Source: Bacteroidales bacterium
GTDB lineage: Bacteria > Bacteroidota > Bacteroidia > Bacteroidales > P3
Direction of reading: 5' to 3'
NCBI GenBank assembly: GCA_031256055.1
Contig: JAIRRI010000199.1
Span: 5,272 to 69,271 of the forward strand
DNA: 64,000 nucleotides
Positions within the stretch are counted from its first letter, which is position 1; every line of letters starts with the position of its first letter. The translations under genes were made by a program, and so were the position numbers. Below the pieces are notes generated by a model. It was not told the origin of the DNA and made no database searches. It saw only the letters and a program-made list of their open reading frames with translations. Of the stretch, positions 10,434 to 20,240 are shown one piece after another.

Positions 10434-11672
10434 ATGGATAACATTAATTTGGTAGAGAGTTTCTCAGAATTTAAAGAGTTTAAAAACATCGATCGCGAAA
10501 CGATGATGCGTATTTTGGAAGACGTATTTAGAGGCATGTTGCAAAAAAAATACGGCACGGATGAAAATATTGATATCATTGTGAACATCGACAAGGGCGA
10601 TTTGGAAATTTATCGCAATTTGACCATCGTTGAAGATGATGAAATGGACGATGAAAACACACAAATCGAATATTCCAAAGCCATTAAAATCGAACCCGAT
10701 TTCGAAGTTGGCGAAGAAGTTTCGGAACAAATTTTCATGAAAGATTTCGGTCGTCGTGAGATTCTGTCTATTCGCCAAAATTTAGTTGGAAAAATCCAAG
10801 AATACGAAAAAAACAACGTTTATAAAAAATACAAAGAACGCATTGGCGAAGTGATGACGGGCGAAGTATATCAAGTTTGGAAACGTGAAATTTTAGTGCT
10901 CGACGATGAAGGTATCGAATTGATTTTGCCACGTGCTGAACAAATTCCTGCCGATTTTTATCGCAAAGGTGACACCATTCGTGCCATCGTTTTAAAAGTA
11001 GACATGCGAAACGGCACACCGCAAATTATTTTGTCCAGAACATCGCCTGTATTCCTTGAACGTTTGATGGAACAAGAGATTCCCGAGATTTTCGATGGAC
11101 TCATCACCATTAGACGTATCGAACGTGAACCGGGCGAACGTGCTAAAATCGCTGTTGAATCTTATGATGATCGTATTGATCCCGTAGGCGCTTGCGTAGG
11201 TGTGAAAGGTTCGCGAATTCACGGTATTGTAAGAGAATTACGCAACGAAAATATTGATGTCATTAATTGGACGAATAACTCCGAATTGTTGATTGCACGC
11301 GCATTGAGTCCTGCAAAAATTATCAGTATTAAACTGCATGAAGAAGATAAAACGGCTGATATCACCATGAAACCCGATCAAGTTTCGTTGGCTATCGGAA
11401 AAGGTGGACACAATATCAAACTCGCCGGTCGTTTGGCAGGCTATGAAATCAATGTGTATCGTGATACGGTTGATGTAGATTACGAAGACGTAGATTTGCA
11501 AGAATTTAACGATGAAATCGAACAGTGGGTTATTGACGCACTCACCGCTATCGGTTGCGATACGGCGAAAGATGTATTGGCAATTCCTGCGAAAGAACTT
11601 GAGAAACGTACGGATTTGGAGGAGGAAACCATTCAAGACGTATTGCGTGTTTTGCAAGCGGAATTTGAATAG
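10434..11672 (+). CDS. nusA: transcription termination/antitermination factor NusA
   Basis: 412 aa with S1 and KH domains (GACVGVKGSRI, AIGKGGHNIKLA). Confidence 0.95.
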   Translation: MDNINLVESFSEFKEFKNIDRETMMRILEDVFRGMLQKKYGTDENIDIIVNIDKGDLEIYRNLTIVEDDEMDDENTQIEYSKAIKIEPDFEVGEEVSEQIFMKDFGRREILSIRQNLVGKIQEYEKNNVYKKYKERIGEVMTGEVYQVWKREILVLDDEGIELILPRAEQIPADFYRKGDTIRAIVLKVDMRNGTPQIILSRTSPVFLERLMEQEIPEIFDGLITIRRIEREPGERAKIAVESYDDRIDPVGACVGVKGSRIHGIVRELRNENIDVINWTNNSELLIARALSPAKIISIKLHEEDKTADITMKPDQVSLAIGKGGHNIKLAGRLAGYEINVYRDTVDVDYEDVDLQEFNDEIEQWVIDALTAIGCDTAKDVLAIPAKELEKRTDLEEETIQDVLRVLQAEFE

Positions 11673-11754
11673 TCACACGTAAAGACTAGTATAAAGTAAG
11701 GGCGTTACGCGCAACGCCCCAACAAATAAAACAAATAAAAAAGAGGGAGGGAAT

Positions 11755-14670
11755 ATGTCAGAAGAAGTCAAAGGTATCAGGCTTTCAAAAGCAGCGAAAG
11801 AGTTTAATATCGCTGTAAATACGGTTATTGAGTTTTTGGAAAGCAAAGGATTTGAAGTCGATTCAAATCCAAATTCCAAACTTACTCCCGATATGTATGG
11901 AGCCTTGGAAAAACAATTTCAGGGTGACAAGAAAACCAAAGAAGCCGCAGAAAAAATCGCTTTGGAATATCAAAAGAAAGAAACGGTTACAATCAAAGAA
12001 ACTCCGAAAGTAGCAGAAAAAGAGGAAGAAGAGGAATATAACATCAAAAGTGCCACACTCGAAAAAAAGGCTAAACCTGCCGTTAAAACCAAAGAAAAAG
12101 ATGTTAAAGAAGAACCAATTGCTGAAACTCCCGAAAAGTCTGAAAAAATAGAACCTGAAAAAGAAGAACTCCAAAAGAAAACTGCAACAAAAAAGAAAAC
12201 TGAAGAAGAAATTATTGAAGAAAAAGTTGAAGAGGAAAATGTGGTTGAAGGTCCAAAAGTTCTTGGAAAAATAGATTTGAGTATTATCAATTCTAAAACA
12301 CGTCCCGACAAAAAATCCAAAAAAGAACTTGCAGAAGCTCGTGAAGCTAAGATAGCAGAGGAAAAAAAGAAAAAGAAAGACCCGAAAAAGCCCTCTGAAA
12401 AAGTAGAAAAAACAAAACAAAAACCGAAAGAAAAACCGATTGTCGAACCATCTGTTCAAGAGAAAACACCGGAACCGATTATTCCTCAGGCTGAAGAACG
12501 TGTTATCGAACACATCAAAACCGAATATAAAAAAGTTGAAGGTCCAAAAATGACAGGACAAACCATAGATTTGTCACAGTTCAATAAAAAGCCCTCCACG
12601 TCACCATCGCCAACAGGCAATTCTAAAAAGAAACGCGAACGCATTCGCAAAGACAAAAAGAAAAGTGTTGACATCAAAGAAGCCATAAAAAATGCCGAAA
12701 AAGCAGGTTGGAAAAAAGAAGCTAAACCCGCTAAACAAGGTAAGGCAAGACCGATTACAGAAGTTGACAACACCGAAATCGAAAAGCAAATTAAAGAAAC
12801 ATTGGCACGTTTAGGCGGGACAGGGAAATCCAAATTTTCTAAACACCGTCGCGAAAAACGCAGTCAAATTGCTGCTGAAAGACAAGAAGAAGCCGTGCGC
12901 GCTCAGCAAGAAGCAGGCGTTTTGAAAGTGACGGAATTTGTTACGGCGAATGAATTGGCACACATGATGAATGTTCCTGTTACGTCGATTATCGGAACGT
13001 GTATGTCGGTTGGACAGTTCGTATCCATCAACCAACGTCTGAACGCCGAAATTATTTCGCTTTTAGCCGATGAATACGGCTTTAAAATCGAGTTCGTTGG
13101 AGCAGAAGTTATGGAAACGCTTTCGGAAGTTGAAGAAGCCGACAATCCCGAAGATTTGAGACCTCGTGCGCCTATCGTTACCGTGATGGGACACGTTGAC
13201 CATGGAAAAACGTCGCTTTTGGATTATATTCGTCACGCCAACGTAATTGCAGGCGAAGCAGGCGGAATTACGCAGCACATCGGGGCTTACGAAGTAACGC
13301 TCGATGGTGGTCGTCAGATTACATTTTTGGATACGCCAGGCCACGAAGCGTTTACCGCGATGCGTGCACGTGGAGCAAAAATCACCGATATTGCAATTAT
13401 TGTAATTGCTGCGGACGACCGAATCATGCCTCAAACCATCGAAGCCATCAATCACGCACAAGCGGGTAATGTTCCGATTGTTTTTGCGATTAACAAAATT
13501 GATAAACCAACCGCAGATCCCACGCGTATCAAGCAAGCGCTTGCGGAAATGAATATTTTGGTAGAAGAATGGGGCGGAAAATATCAAAGTCAGGATATTG
13601 CTGCAAAAATTGGTACGGGTATTCCTGAATTGCTCGAAAAAGTGCTTTTGGAAGCCGATATTTTGGAGTTGAAAGCCAATCCTAAAAAACGTGCGAAAGG
13701 TACAATTATAGAGGCTTCGTTGGATAAAGGTCGCGGTTTTGTGGCTAATGTTCTAATCCAAGACGGAACTATTTCTGTAGGTGATGATATTTTGGCGGGA
13801 AGCACGTATGGTCGCGTGAAAGCGATGTTTAATGAGCGAAATCGTCCGATCCAAAAAGCCGGTCCTTCTCAACCGATTTTGTTGTTAGGTTTGAATGGTG
13901 CACCACAAGCGGGCGACGGGTTCAATGTTACGCCTTCCGACAAAGAAGCGAAAGATGTTGCTACTCGCCGTTTACAGTTGCAACGCGAGCAAGGTTTGCG
14001 AACGCATAAACATATCACATTGGATGAAATCGGCCGTCGTATTGCGATTGGCGATTTCAAAGAACTCAATGTTATCGTTAAAGGTGATGTGGACGGATCA
14101 GTTGAAGCATTAGCAGACTCTTTGTTGAAACTTTCAACACCGGAAGTTCAAGTGAAAGTGATTCACAAAGCCGTTGGACAAATCTCCGAAGGCGACGTGG
14201 TTCTTGCATCTGCATCGGATGCATTGATCATCGGGTTCCAAGTTCGTCCATCTGTTTCCGCTCGAAGATTAGCCGAAAGCGAACAAATCGACATTCGTTT
14301 GTATTCCGTAATTTACAAGGCAATCGAGGAAGTGAAAGATTCTCTCGAAGGTATGTTAGCGCCGGATGTTCAAGAAAAGATCACATGCAACCTCGAAGTC
14401 AAAGAGGTGTTCAAGATCACGAAAGTTGGCTCTATTGCAGGATGTATCGTTTTAGACGGCAAAATTCAACGCAGTACGAAAGTTCGAATTATCCGCGATG
14501 GGATTGTGGTTTATACAGGAAAACTCGGCTCTCTCAAACGTTTCAAAGACGATGTGAAAGAAGTTGTGTCGGGGCAAGATTGCGGTTTGAATATCGAAAA
14601 TTTCAATGACATCAAAGTTGGCGATATCATTGAAGGTTACGAAATTATTGAGACTAAACGGACGTTATAA
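11755..14670 (+). CDS. infB: translation initiation factor IF-2
   Basis: 971 aa with a K/E-rich N-terminus and a GTPase core ([26 protein letters not shown]). Confidence 0.97.
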   Translation: MSEEVKGIRLSKAAKEFNIAVNTVIEFLESKGFEVDSNPNSKLTPDMYGALEKQFQGDKKTKEAAEKIALEYQKKETVTIKETPKVAEKEEEEEYNIKSATLEKKAKPAVKTKEKDVKEEPIAETPEKSEKIEPEKEELQKKTATKKKTEEEIIEEKVEEENVVEGPKVLGKIDLSIINSKTRPDKKSKKELAEAREAKIAEEKKKKKDPKKPSEKVEKTKQKPKEKPIVEPSVQEKTPEPIIPQAEERVIEHIKTEYKKVEGPKMTGQTIDLSQFNKKPSTSPSPTGNSKKKRERIRKDKKKSVDIKEAIKNAEKAGWKKEAKPAKQGKARPITEVDNTEIEKQIKETLARLGGTGKSKFSKHRREKRSQIAAERQEEAVRAQQEAGVLKVTEFVTANELAHMMNVPVTSIIGTCMSVGQFVSINQRLNAEIISLLADEYGFKIEFVGAEVMETLSEVEEADNPEDLRPRAPIVTVMGHVDHGKTSLLDYIRHANVIAGEAGGITQHIGAYEVTLDGGRQITFLDTPGHEAFTAMRARGAKITDIAIIVIAADDRIMPQTIEAINHAQAGNVPIVFAINKIDKPTADPTRIKQALAEMNILVEEWGGKYQSQDIAAKIGTGIPELLEKVLLEADILELKANPKKRAKGTIIEASLDKGRGFVANVLIQDGTISVGDDILAGSTYGRVKAMFNERNRPIQKAGPSQPILLLGLNGAPQAGDGFNVTPSDKEAKDVATRRLQLQREQGLRTHKHITLDEIGRRIAIGDFKELNVIVKGDVDGSVEALADSLLKLSTPEVQVKVIHKAVGQISEGDVVLASASDALIIGFQVRPSVSARRLAESEQIDIRLYSVIYKAIEEVKDSLEGMLAPDVQEKITCNLEVKEVFKITKVGSIAGCIVLDGKIQRSTKVRIIRDGIVVYTGKLGSLKRFKDDVKEVVSGQDCGLNIENFNDIKVGDIIEGYEIIETKRTL

Positions 14671-14672
14671 AC

Positions 14673-14701
14673 GTAGGGGCGGGTTTCAAACCCGCCCCTA
14701 C
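14673..14701. terminator. bidirectional GC-rich hairpin (GTAGGGGCGGG-TTTCAAA-CCCGCCCCTAC) between convergent infB and desulfoferrodoxin
   Basis: An 11-bp perfect stem read directly from the sequence. It sits between two convergent stop codons. Confidence 0.7.
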
Positions 14702-14707
14702 AAAAAA

Positions 14708-15100
14708 TTATTTAATTTCTGTTTTCCATAAACCGTGTAGGTTACAATACTCGTAAACTGCAATAGGTTTGTGTTTGCACGTGCAAAATTCGGTTTCAGG
14801 TTTGCCGTTTACGTCTAACATAACATGTTCGCCACCGTCTTCTGTTTCGAGGTAAATAAACACGATGTGATGCTCCTCTAACATGGGATGAGGAACACTA
14901 CCGACTTCAATTTTCATGGTACAATCGTCGATTTTTGTCACAACCGGCAGGTGTTTCTCAACACTTGCTTCAATGGTATTCGGAATTAATTCTTGCATGG
15001 GTTCGCCACAGCAAACCATCTTAACACCTGAATCGACAATCTTTTCGGCGATATTTCCGCAATGGTTGCAGCGCCAAAATGTAAGAACTTGCTTTTTCAT
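14708..15100 (-). CDS. desulfoferrodoxin (class I superoxide reductase)
   Basis: 130 aa with an N-terminal desulforedoxin-type CxxC...CC (CNHCGN...VCCGEPM) and the SOR centre II motifs EKHLPV, HPM..EHHI and CNLHGLW. Confidence 0.9.
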   Translation of the reverse strand: MKKQVLTFWRCNHCGNIAEKIVDSGVKMVCCGEPMQELIPNTIEASVEKHLPVVTKIDDCTMKIEVGSVPHPMLEEHHIVFIYLETEDGGEHVMLDVNGKPETEFCTCKHKPIAVYEYCNLHGLWKTEIK

Positions 15101-15213
15101 AATTGTAGTTTTTTAGGGATTTGGTTTTGCAAAGATACGAAAATTTTCTTTATGTTCGTTTTTTTGGTCACAAAAAAATGAACATTGAAAAAAAAATCGT
15201 ATCTTTGCAAGTT

Positions 15214-16452
15214 ATGAAATCATTTTCATTGAATATTTCTGCATTAGTCGAACCTTCCGACCGTATTTTGGTAGCGGTTAGCGGAGGCTTGGATTCAGTA
15301 GTATTATTGGATTTATTGAATAAGCATGGAATGAACGATTTAGCAATTGTGCATTGCAATTTTCAATTGCGTGGAAAAGAGTCCGATGAAGATGAAAAAT
15401 TTGTGAAAAATTTGGCAAAATCTTATGGATTACCATTTTTTTGCAAACGTTTTGATACCGAAACCGAACAAAAAAAATCAAAACAATCTGTTCAAATGGT
15501 CGCCCGAAATCTGCGCTACACCTATTTTTCAGAACTATTGAAAAAAGAAAAATACAATTACGTTGCCGTTGCTCATCATGCCGATGATCAGATTGAAACA
15601 TTTTTTATAAATCTTTTGCGAGGAGCGGGTGTCAAGGGTTTGCGTGGTATGCTTCCGAAGCGTGAGCAAACTATTCGTCCATTGCTCAAATTTTCAAGAC
15701 AAGATTTGGAAAATTACGCCATCAAAAATAATCTCAAACACTGCGAAGACACAACCAATTCCGACGATTATTATTTGAGAAACAACATTCGCCACCATCT
15801 AATCCCATGTTTGGAAACGCTTGATAAATCAGCCAAAACAAGCATTTTGCAAAGTATGGAAAATTTGCAAGACCTCGAAACTCAATCTTTGCAAGATCTG
15901 GAAACTCTACAAAATTGTGGTTTTTCGGCAACCCAAATTCGTAACATTCAAAAAACACTTGATGGACAGTCTGGAAAGCAATTCATATCAAAAACACATC
16001 GCGCGATTACACACAACGGTCAATTAATCATTGAACCATTGTTTAATGCGGATTGTACGGGCGCACCCACGTGTGCGCCCCTGTCGGCAATTGTGACAAA
16101 TGATCACAAGGACGCACACGCGGGTGCGTCCCTACGGATTGACCTTGTAAACATCGAAAATTTCACCCTAAACACCAACCCAAACATTGCGCAATTAGAT
16201 TTCGACAAACTCCAATTTCCATTAACTTTACGCCGTTGGAAGAAGGGCGATTTTTTTGTTCCTTTCGGACAACGCGGCAAACAAAAATTAAGTGATTTTT
16301 TTATCAACCGAAAATTGTCTCGTTTTGAGAAAGAGCGAGTTTGGTTGCTCTGTTCGGGCGAAAATATTGTTTGGGTGGTGGGTTATCGAATCGATAACCG
16401 GTATCAGATTTCAGCAAAAACAGAGCAAGTTTTGATAATTGAAACTCTTTGA
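15214..16452 (+). CDS. tilS: tRNA(Ile)-lysidine synthetase TilS
   Basis: PP-loop motif VAVSGGLDSVVL. I trimmed the start from the track's 15121 to the ATG at 15214, because a TATCTTTG -7 box sits at 15200-15207. The start position is uncertain. Confidence 0.85.
   Translation: MKSFSLNISALVEPSDRILVAVSGGLDSVVLLDLLNKHGMNDLAIVHCNFQLRGKESDEDEKFVKNLAKSYGLPFFCKRFDTETEQKKSKQSVQMVARNLRYTYFSELLKKEKYNYVAVAHHADDQIETFFINLLRGAGVKGLRGMLPKREQTIRPLLKFSRQDLENYAIKNNLKHCEDTTNSDDYYLRNNIRHHLIPCLETLDKSAKTSILQSMENLQDLETQSLQDLETLQNCGFSATQIRNIQKTLDGQSGKQFISKTHRAITHNGQLIIEPLFNADCTGAPTCAPLSAIVTNDHKDAHAGASLRIDLVNIENFTLNTNPNIAQLDFDKLQFPLTLRRWKKGDFFVPFGQRGKQKLSDFFINRKLSRFEKERVWLLCSGENIVWVVGYRIDNRYQISAKTEQVLIIETL
16055..16135. 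repeat. 81-nt GC-rich double-palindrome element inserted in frame inside tilS
   Basis: The arms are GTACGGGCGCACCCACGTGTGCGCCCCTG (16055-16083) and CAAGGACGCACACGCGGGTGCGTCCCTAC (16107-16135). They are inverted copies of each other, and each is self-complementary. The element encodes ...CTGAPTCAPLSAIVTNDHKDAHAGASLRI... Confidence 0.75.
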
Positions 16453-16530
16453 TTTTAAGATGCTTTAAGTTTCGATTTCTAATTTTCAACTTTTTTTTGT
16501 ATCTTTGTCAGCTAATTTAACGATTGTTGT

Positions 16531-17367
16531 ATGATTCTTTGTCGAACAAAAACCGAACTTCAAGACGCATTAAAAGCGCAAGGCGCGAATCCGATTATTG
16601 GTTTTGTGCCGACGATGGGCGCTTTGCACGAAGGGCATTTATCGCTTGTGCGACAAGCCAGACGCGAGAATGAAGTGGTGGTGGTGAGTGTTTTTGTAAA
16701 CCCTATTCAATTCAATAATTCTGAGGATTTGGAGAAATATCCGAAGGATTTGGAATGTGATTTGGACTTACTAAAAGATGTTGGCAGTACGATTGTTTTC
16801 GCACCCGAAAACGCGGAAATGTATCCCGAAAACCCTACGGAAGTCTACAATTTCGGAACATTGGAAACGGTAATGGAAGGCGCATTTCGTCCGGGACATT
16901 TCAATGGAGTTGCGGTTGTTGTGAAACGTTTGTTTGATTTGGTAAAGCCGACTACAGCGTATTTCGGCGAAAAAGATTTTCAGCAATTGGCAATTATTCG
17001 TGCGTTAGTGGAACAGGAAAATTTGGCAGTGGAAATCGTTGGATGTCCTACAGTTCGTGAGCACGACGGCTTGGCGATGAGTTCGCGAAACACGCAATTA
17101 TCGGAAGAAGATCGTCGGATTGCTCCGCAAATACACAAAATTCTCAGAGATTGTCGAGATTTAATGGATGTATTTACACCTGCACAATTAAAAGAATTTG
17201 CAGAAGATCAACTCCAAAAAATTCCTCGCACCAAATTGGAATATTTCGAAATTGTGAATGCAAAAACTTTACAACCTATAGAAAAATGGAAGGATTGCCG
17301 ACGCCGTGTGGCGTGTGTGGCGATTTGGTTGGGGGATGTGAGGTTGATTGATAATGTGAAAATTTAA
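16531..17367 (+). CDS. panC: pantoate--beta-alanine ligase
   Basis: 278 aa with the motifs GFVPTMGALHEGHLSL, FGEKDFQQ and MSSRN. A -7 box TATCTTTG lies at 16500-16507. Confidence 0.95.
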   Translation: MILCRTKTELQDALKAQGANPIIGFVPTMGALHEGHLSLVRQARRENEVVVVSVFVNPIQFNNSEDLEKYPKDLECDLDLLKDVGSTIVFAPENAEMYPENPTEVYNFGTLETVMEGAFRPGHFNGVAVVVKRLFDLVKPTTAYFGEKDFQQLAIIRALVEQENLAVEIVGCPTVREHDGLAMSSRNTQLSEEDRRIAPQIHKILRDCRDLMDVFTPAQLKEFAEDQLQKIPRTKLEYFEIVNAKTLQPIEKWKDCRRRVACVAIWLGDVRLIDNVKI

Positions 17368-17397
17368 GCAGTTTGTGACGTTCATAAAGTTTATAAA

Positions 17398-18336
17398 ATG
17401 AAAAAAGCAGTAATTACAGTATTGGCAATGATTTTCGGTATTTCGGTTTGCATGGCGCAAAACTTAGATGGTTTTACTCAAACCAAAACCGGATTGCATT
17501 ATAAATTCCACATCAAAACCGACAATCCAAGAGCACAACTTGGCGACATTATTATTGCAGAAATTTGGGCGTATTTGGACGATGAGTTGGAATATGCCAA
17601 TATCGGTGGTCCTGAACCTATGTTTCAAGTGATGGAATCTCAACACCCCGGAGATTTGATGGAAGCCCTGCAAATGATTGGAAAAGGCGACAGCGTAACG
17701 TTTGTATTCAACATGGATACGTTGAGAAAATACAATCCGCCTGGTTCTCTTGATGGTATCAAATCTGTGTTTTATACAATTAAAGTAGAAGACGTTTATA
17801 CGGAAGACGAATTTTGGAAAAAAATGGAAGAAGATCAAATTAGAGGCGAAGCCGAAGAAGCGACAAAACTGAAAGCGTTTATTTCTGAACAAGGCATCAC
17901 TGTAGAACCTAATGATGACGGCGTTTTCGTGATCATTACAACTGAGGGAGACGGCAGACCAATAAGTAGAGGAGAAACTATTACGATAAATTATGTAGGT
18001 CGTTTTTTGGATGGAACTATTTTCGATACAAGCCTTGAAGACATCGCTAAAGAGCATGATATTTACAAATCGGACCGTTCGTATGAGCCACTTTCATTTC
18101 AAGTTGGCGCAGGACGAATAATCCCTGGTATGGACTATGCTGTTTTAGGTATGAAAACTGGCACCAAAGCAACCTTGATTATTCCATCGAATATGGCTTA
18201 TGGTTCTCGTGCTCAGGGAACGATTCCTGCGTTTTCAACTTTGATTTTCGATATTGAAATCGTTGATGTGACCTCAGGAACTTATTATGATCTAGAAGAG
18301 GAATGGTATTATGATGAAGATGAGGATTACGAATAA
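17398..18336 (+). CDS. secreted FKBP-type peptidyl-prolyl cis-trans isomerase
   Basis: 312 aa with a signal peptide and a C-terminal FKBP domain (YVGRFLDGTIFDTS...GAGRIIPGMDYAVLGMKTG...IPSNMAYG...LIFDIEIV). Confidence 0.88.
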   Translation: MKKAVITVLAMIFGISVCMAQNLDGFTQTKTGLHYKFHIKTDNPRAQLGDIIIAEIWAYLDDELEYANIGGPEPMFQVMESQHPGDLMEALQMIGKGDSVTFVFNMDTLRKYNPPGSLDGIKSVFYTIKVEDVYTEDEFWKKMEEDQIRGEAEEATKLKAFISEQGITVEPNDDGVFVIITTEGDGRPISRGETITINYVGRFLDGTIFDTSLEDIAKEHDIYKSDRSYEPLSFQVGAGRIIPGMDYAVLGMKTGTKATLIIPSNMAYGSRAQGTIPAFSTLIFDIEIVDVTSGTYYDLEEEWYYDEDEDYE

Positions 18337-18361
18337 ATTTTAACCAATCTAAAAATCAAAA

Positions 18362-20200
18362 ATGACGATAAACTACACCGAAGACAACATAAAATCCTTA
18401 GAATGGATTGAACACATCCGCAAACGCCCAGGGATGTACATTGGAAAATTGGGCGATGGCGCTTCGCACGATGATGGAATTTATGTGCTGTTGAAAGAAA
18501 TTATGGACAACAGTATCGACGAATTTGTGATGGGAAACGGTCGCACGATAGAAGTGAAAATTTCTGACGGAACCGTGACCATTCGCGACTACGGACGCGG
18601 AATTCCACTTGGAAAAATGGTGGAAAGTGTTTCAAAAATGAACACTTCAGGAAAATTCGATTCGGAGGCGTTTAAAAAATCCGTTGGATTGAACGGCGTT
18701 GGAGCGAAAGCTGTGAACGCGCTTTCGAGCTATTTTAAAGTGCAATCCGTTCGCGATGGAAAAACAAAAAAGGCCGAATTTTCGAAAGGTGTTATCACGA
18801 ATGACGAAAAAACTCAAGACAGCGGAAGTCTTCGCGATGGAACAAAAATTGTGTTTACGCCCGATGCGGAATTGTTCAAAAACTACTACTATCGCACGGA
18901 ATACGTTGAGAAGATGCTTTGGAATTATTGCTATCTCAACGCAGGATTGACCATAAAATTTAATGATCAAACGCTAATTTCAAAAAACGGTCTGTTCGAT
19001 TTGCTCACCAACAATTTGGATACCGAACCAATTTATCCGATTATTCACATTCAAGACGAGGATTTTGAATTTGCGATGACGCACCACCCGCGCCAGTATG
19101 GCGAGGATTATACGTCGTTTGTGAACGGTCAAAACACCACGCAAGGCGGAACCCATCTCATTGCTTTTCGCGAAGCAATTGTAAAAACGGTGCGCGAATT
19201 TTACAAAAAAGATTTCGAGCCGTCGGATGTTCGAGGAGCGATTGTGGCTGCGATTTGTTTGCGGATTCAAGAGCCTACCTTCGAAAGCCAGACCAAAACC
19301 AAACTCGGTTCAAACCATGTTTTGCCTGATGGTAAAGGCGAAACCATTCGAAACTACATCAACAATATTGTCAAAAAACACCTCGATAATTACCTCCATA
19401 TTCACAGCGAAACGGCTGAGGCTTTGCTCCAAAAAATCGTGCAAAACGAGAAGGAACGCAAGGGTATGGACAACATTAAAAAGTTGGCGCGCGAATCGGC
19501 AAAAAAAGTGAGTTTACACAACAAAAAACTCTGCGATTGCCGTGTTCACTACAATTCCAACGATGAGCGAAAATTGGAAACCACGCTGTTTATCACGGAG
19601 GGAGATTCTGCGGGAGGAAGCGTTACGAAAGTTCGCGATGTGAATACGCAAGCGGTTTTCAAACTCAAAGGAAAACCGTTGAACTGTTACGGTTTGACCC
19701 GAAAAATTGTTTACGAAAACGAAGAATTTAATTTGTTGCAAGCGGCTTTGAACATTAGCGATGACTTGGAAAATCTGCGTTACAACAATATCGTAATCGC
19801 TACTGATGCCGATGTTGACGGCATGCACATTCGTTTGCTTTTGCTCACATTTTTCTTGCAATTTTTTCCGGATTTAATTCGCAACGGACACGTGTATATC
19901 TTGCAAACACCGCTGTTTCGTGTGAGAAAGAAAGATCAAACGTTTTATTGTTACACCGATGAAGAACGTTTGACCGCTTTAGAAAAATTAGGTACAAACC
20001 CCGAAATTACCAGATTTAAAGGGCTTGGCGAAATTTCGCCCGACGAATTTAAAACGTTTATCGGCCCCGAAATGCGATTAGATCCGGTTATGATTTCCAA
20101 AGATTCCGGCATCAAAGAATTGTTGAGTTTTTACATGGGAAAAAACACACCCGAACGCCAAGAATTTATTATTGAAAATTTAGCAAGTGTAGACGTGTAG
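18362..20200 (+). CDS. parE: type IIA topoisomerase subunit B (topoisomerase IV ParE-type)
   Basis: 612 aa with a GHKL ATPase N-terminus ([19 protein letters not shown]) and a Toprim domain ([23 protein letters not shown]). The short length fits ParE rather than GyrB. Confidence 0.88.
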   Translation: MTINYTEDNIKSLEWIEHIRKRPGMYIGKLGDGASHDDGIYVLLKEIMDNSIDEFVMGNGRTIEVKISDGTVTIRDYGRGIPLGKMVESVSKMNTSGKFDSEAFKKSVGLNGVGAKAVNALSSYFKVQSVRDGKTKKAEFSKGVITNDEKTQDSGSLRDGTKIVFTPDAELFKNYYYRTEYVEKMLWNYCYLNAGLTIKFNDQTLISKNGLFDLLTNNLDTEPIYPIIHIQDEDFEFAMTHHPRQYGEDYTSFVNGQNTTQGGTHLIAFREAIVKTVREFYKKDFEPSDVRGAIVAAICLRIQEPTFESQTKTKLGSNHVLPDGKGETIRNYINNIVKKHLDNYLHIHSETAEALLQKIVQNEKERKGMDNIKKLARESAKKVSLHNKKLCDCRVHYNSNDERKLETTLFITEGDSAGGSVTKVRDVNTQAVFKLKGKPLNCYGLTRKIVYENEEFNLLQAALNISDDLENLRYNNIVIATDADVDGMHIRLLLLTFFLQFFPDLIRNGHVYILQTPLFRVRKKDQTFYCYTDEERLTALEKLGTNPEITRFKGLGEISPDEFKTFIGPEMRLDPVMISKDSGIKELLSFYMGKNTPERQEFIIENLASVDV

Positions 20201-20240
20201 GGGCGTGGTTTGCGCGAAACGAGGCAGGCGAACCCCGCTC

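Noticed and set aside
11700-11719. The hairpin GGGCGTT-ACGCGC-AACGCCC in the nusA-infB spacer, considered as a terminator or attenuator.
   Set aside because: No T-run follows it, and nusA-infB are normally co-transcribed. It may be a processing or stability element, but the sequence alone gives no support.
11863-12561. 232-aa and 116-aa minus-strand ORFs rich in F/L/S.
   Set aside because: They are antisense to the K/E-rich low-complexity N-terminal region of infB, so they are an artefact of A-rich coding sequence.
20199-20240. The GC-rich segment GTAGGGGCGTGGTTTGCGCGAAACGAGGCAGGCGAACCCCGC between convergent parE and glmS, considered as a terminator hairpin.
   Set aside because: I could not draw a convincing continuous stem. 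It is probably a degenerate member of the GTAGGGG family, so I did not call it as a feature.
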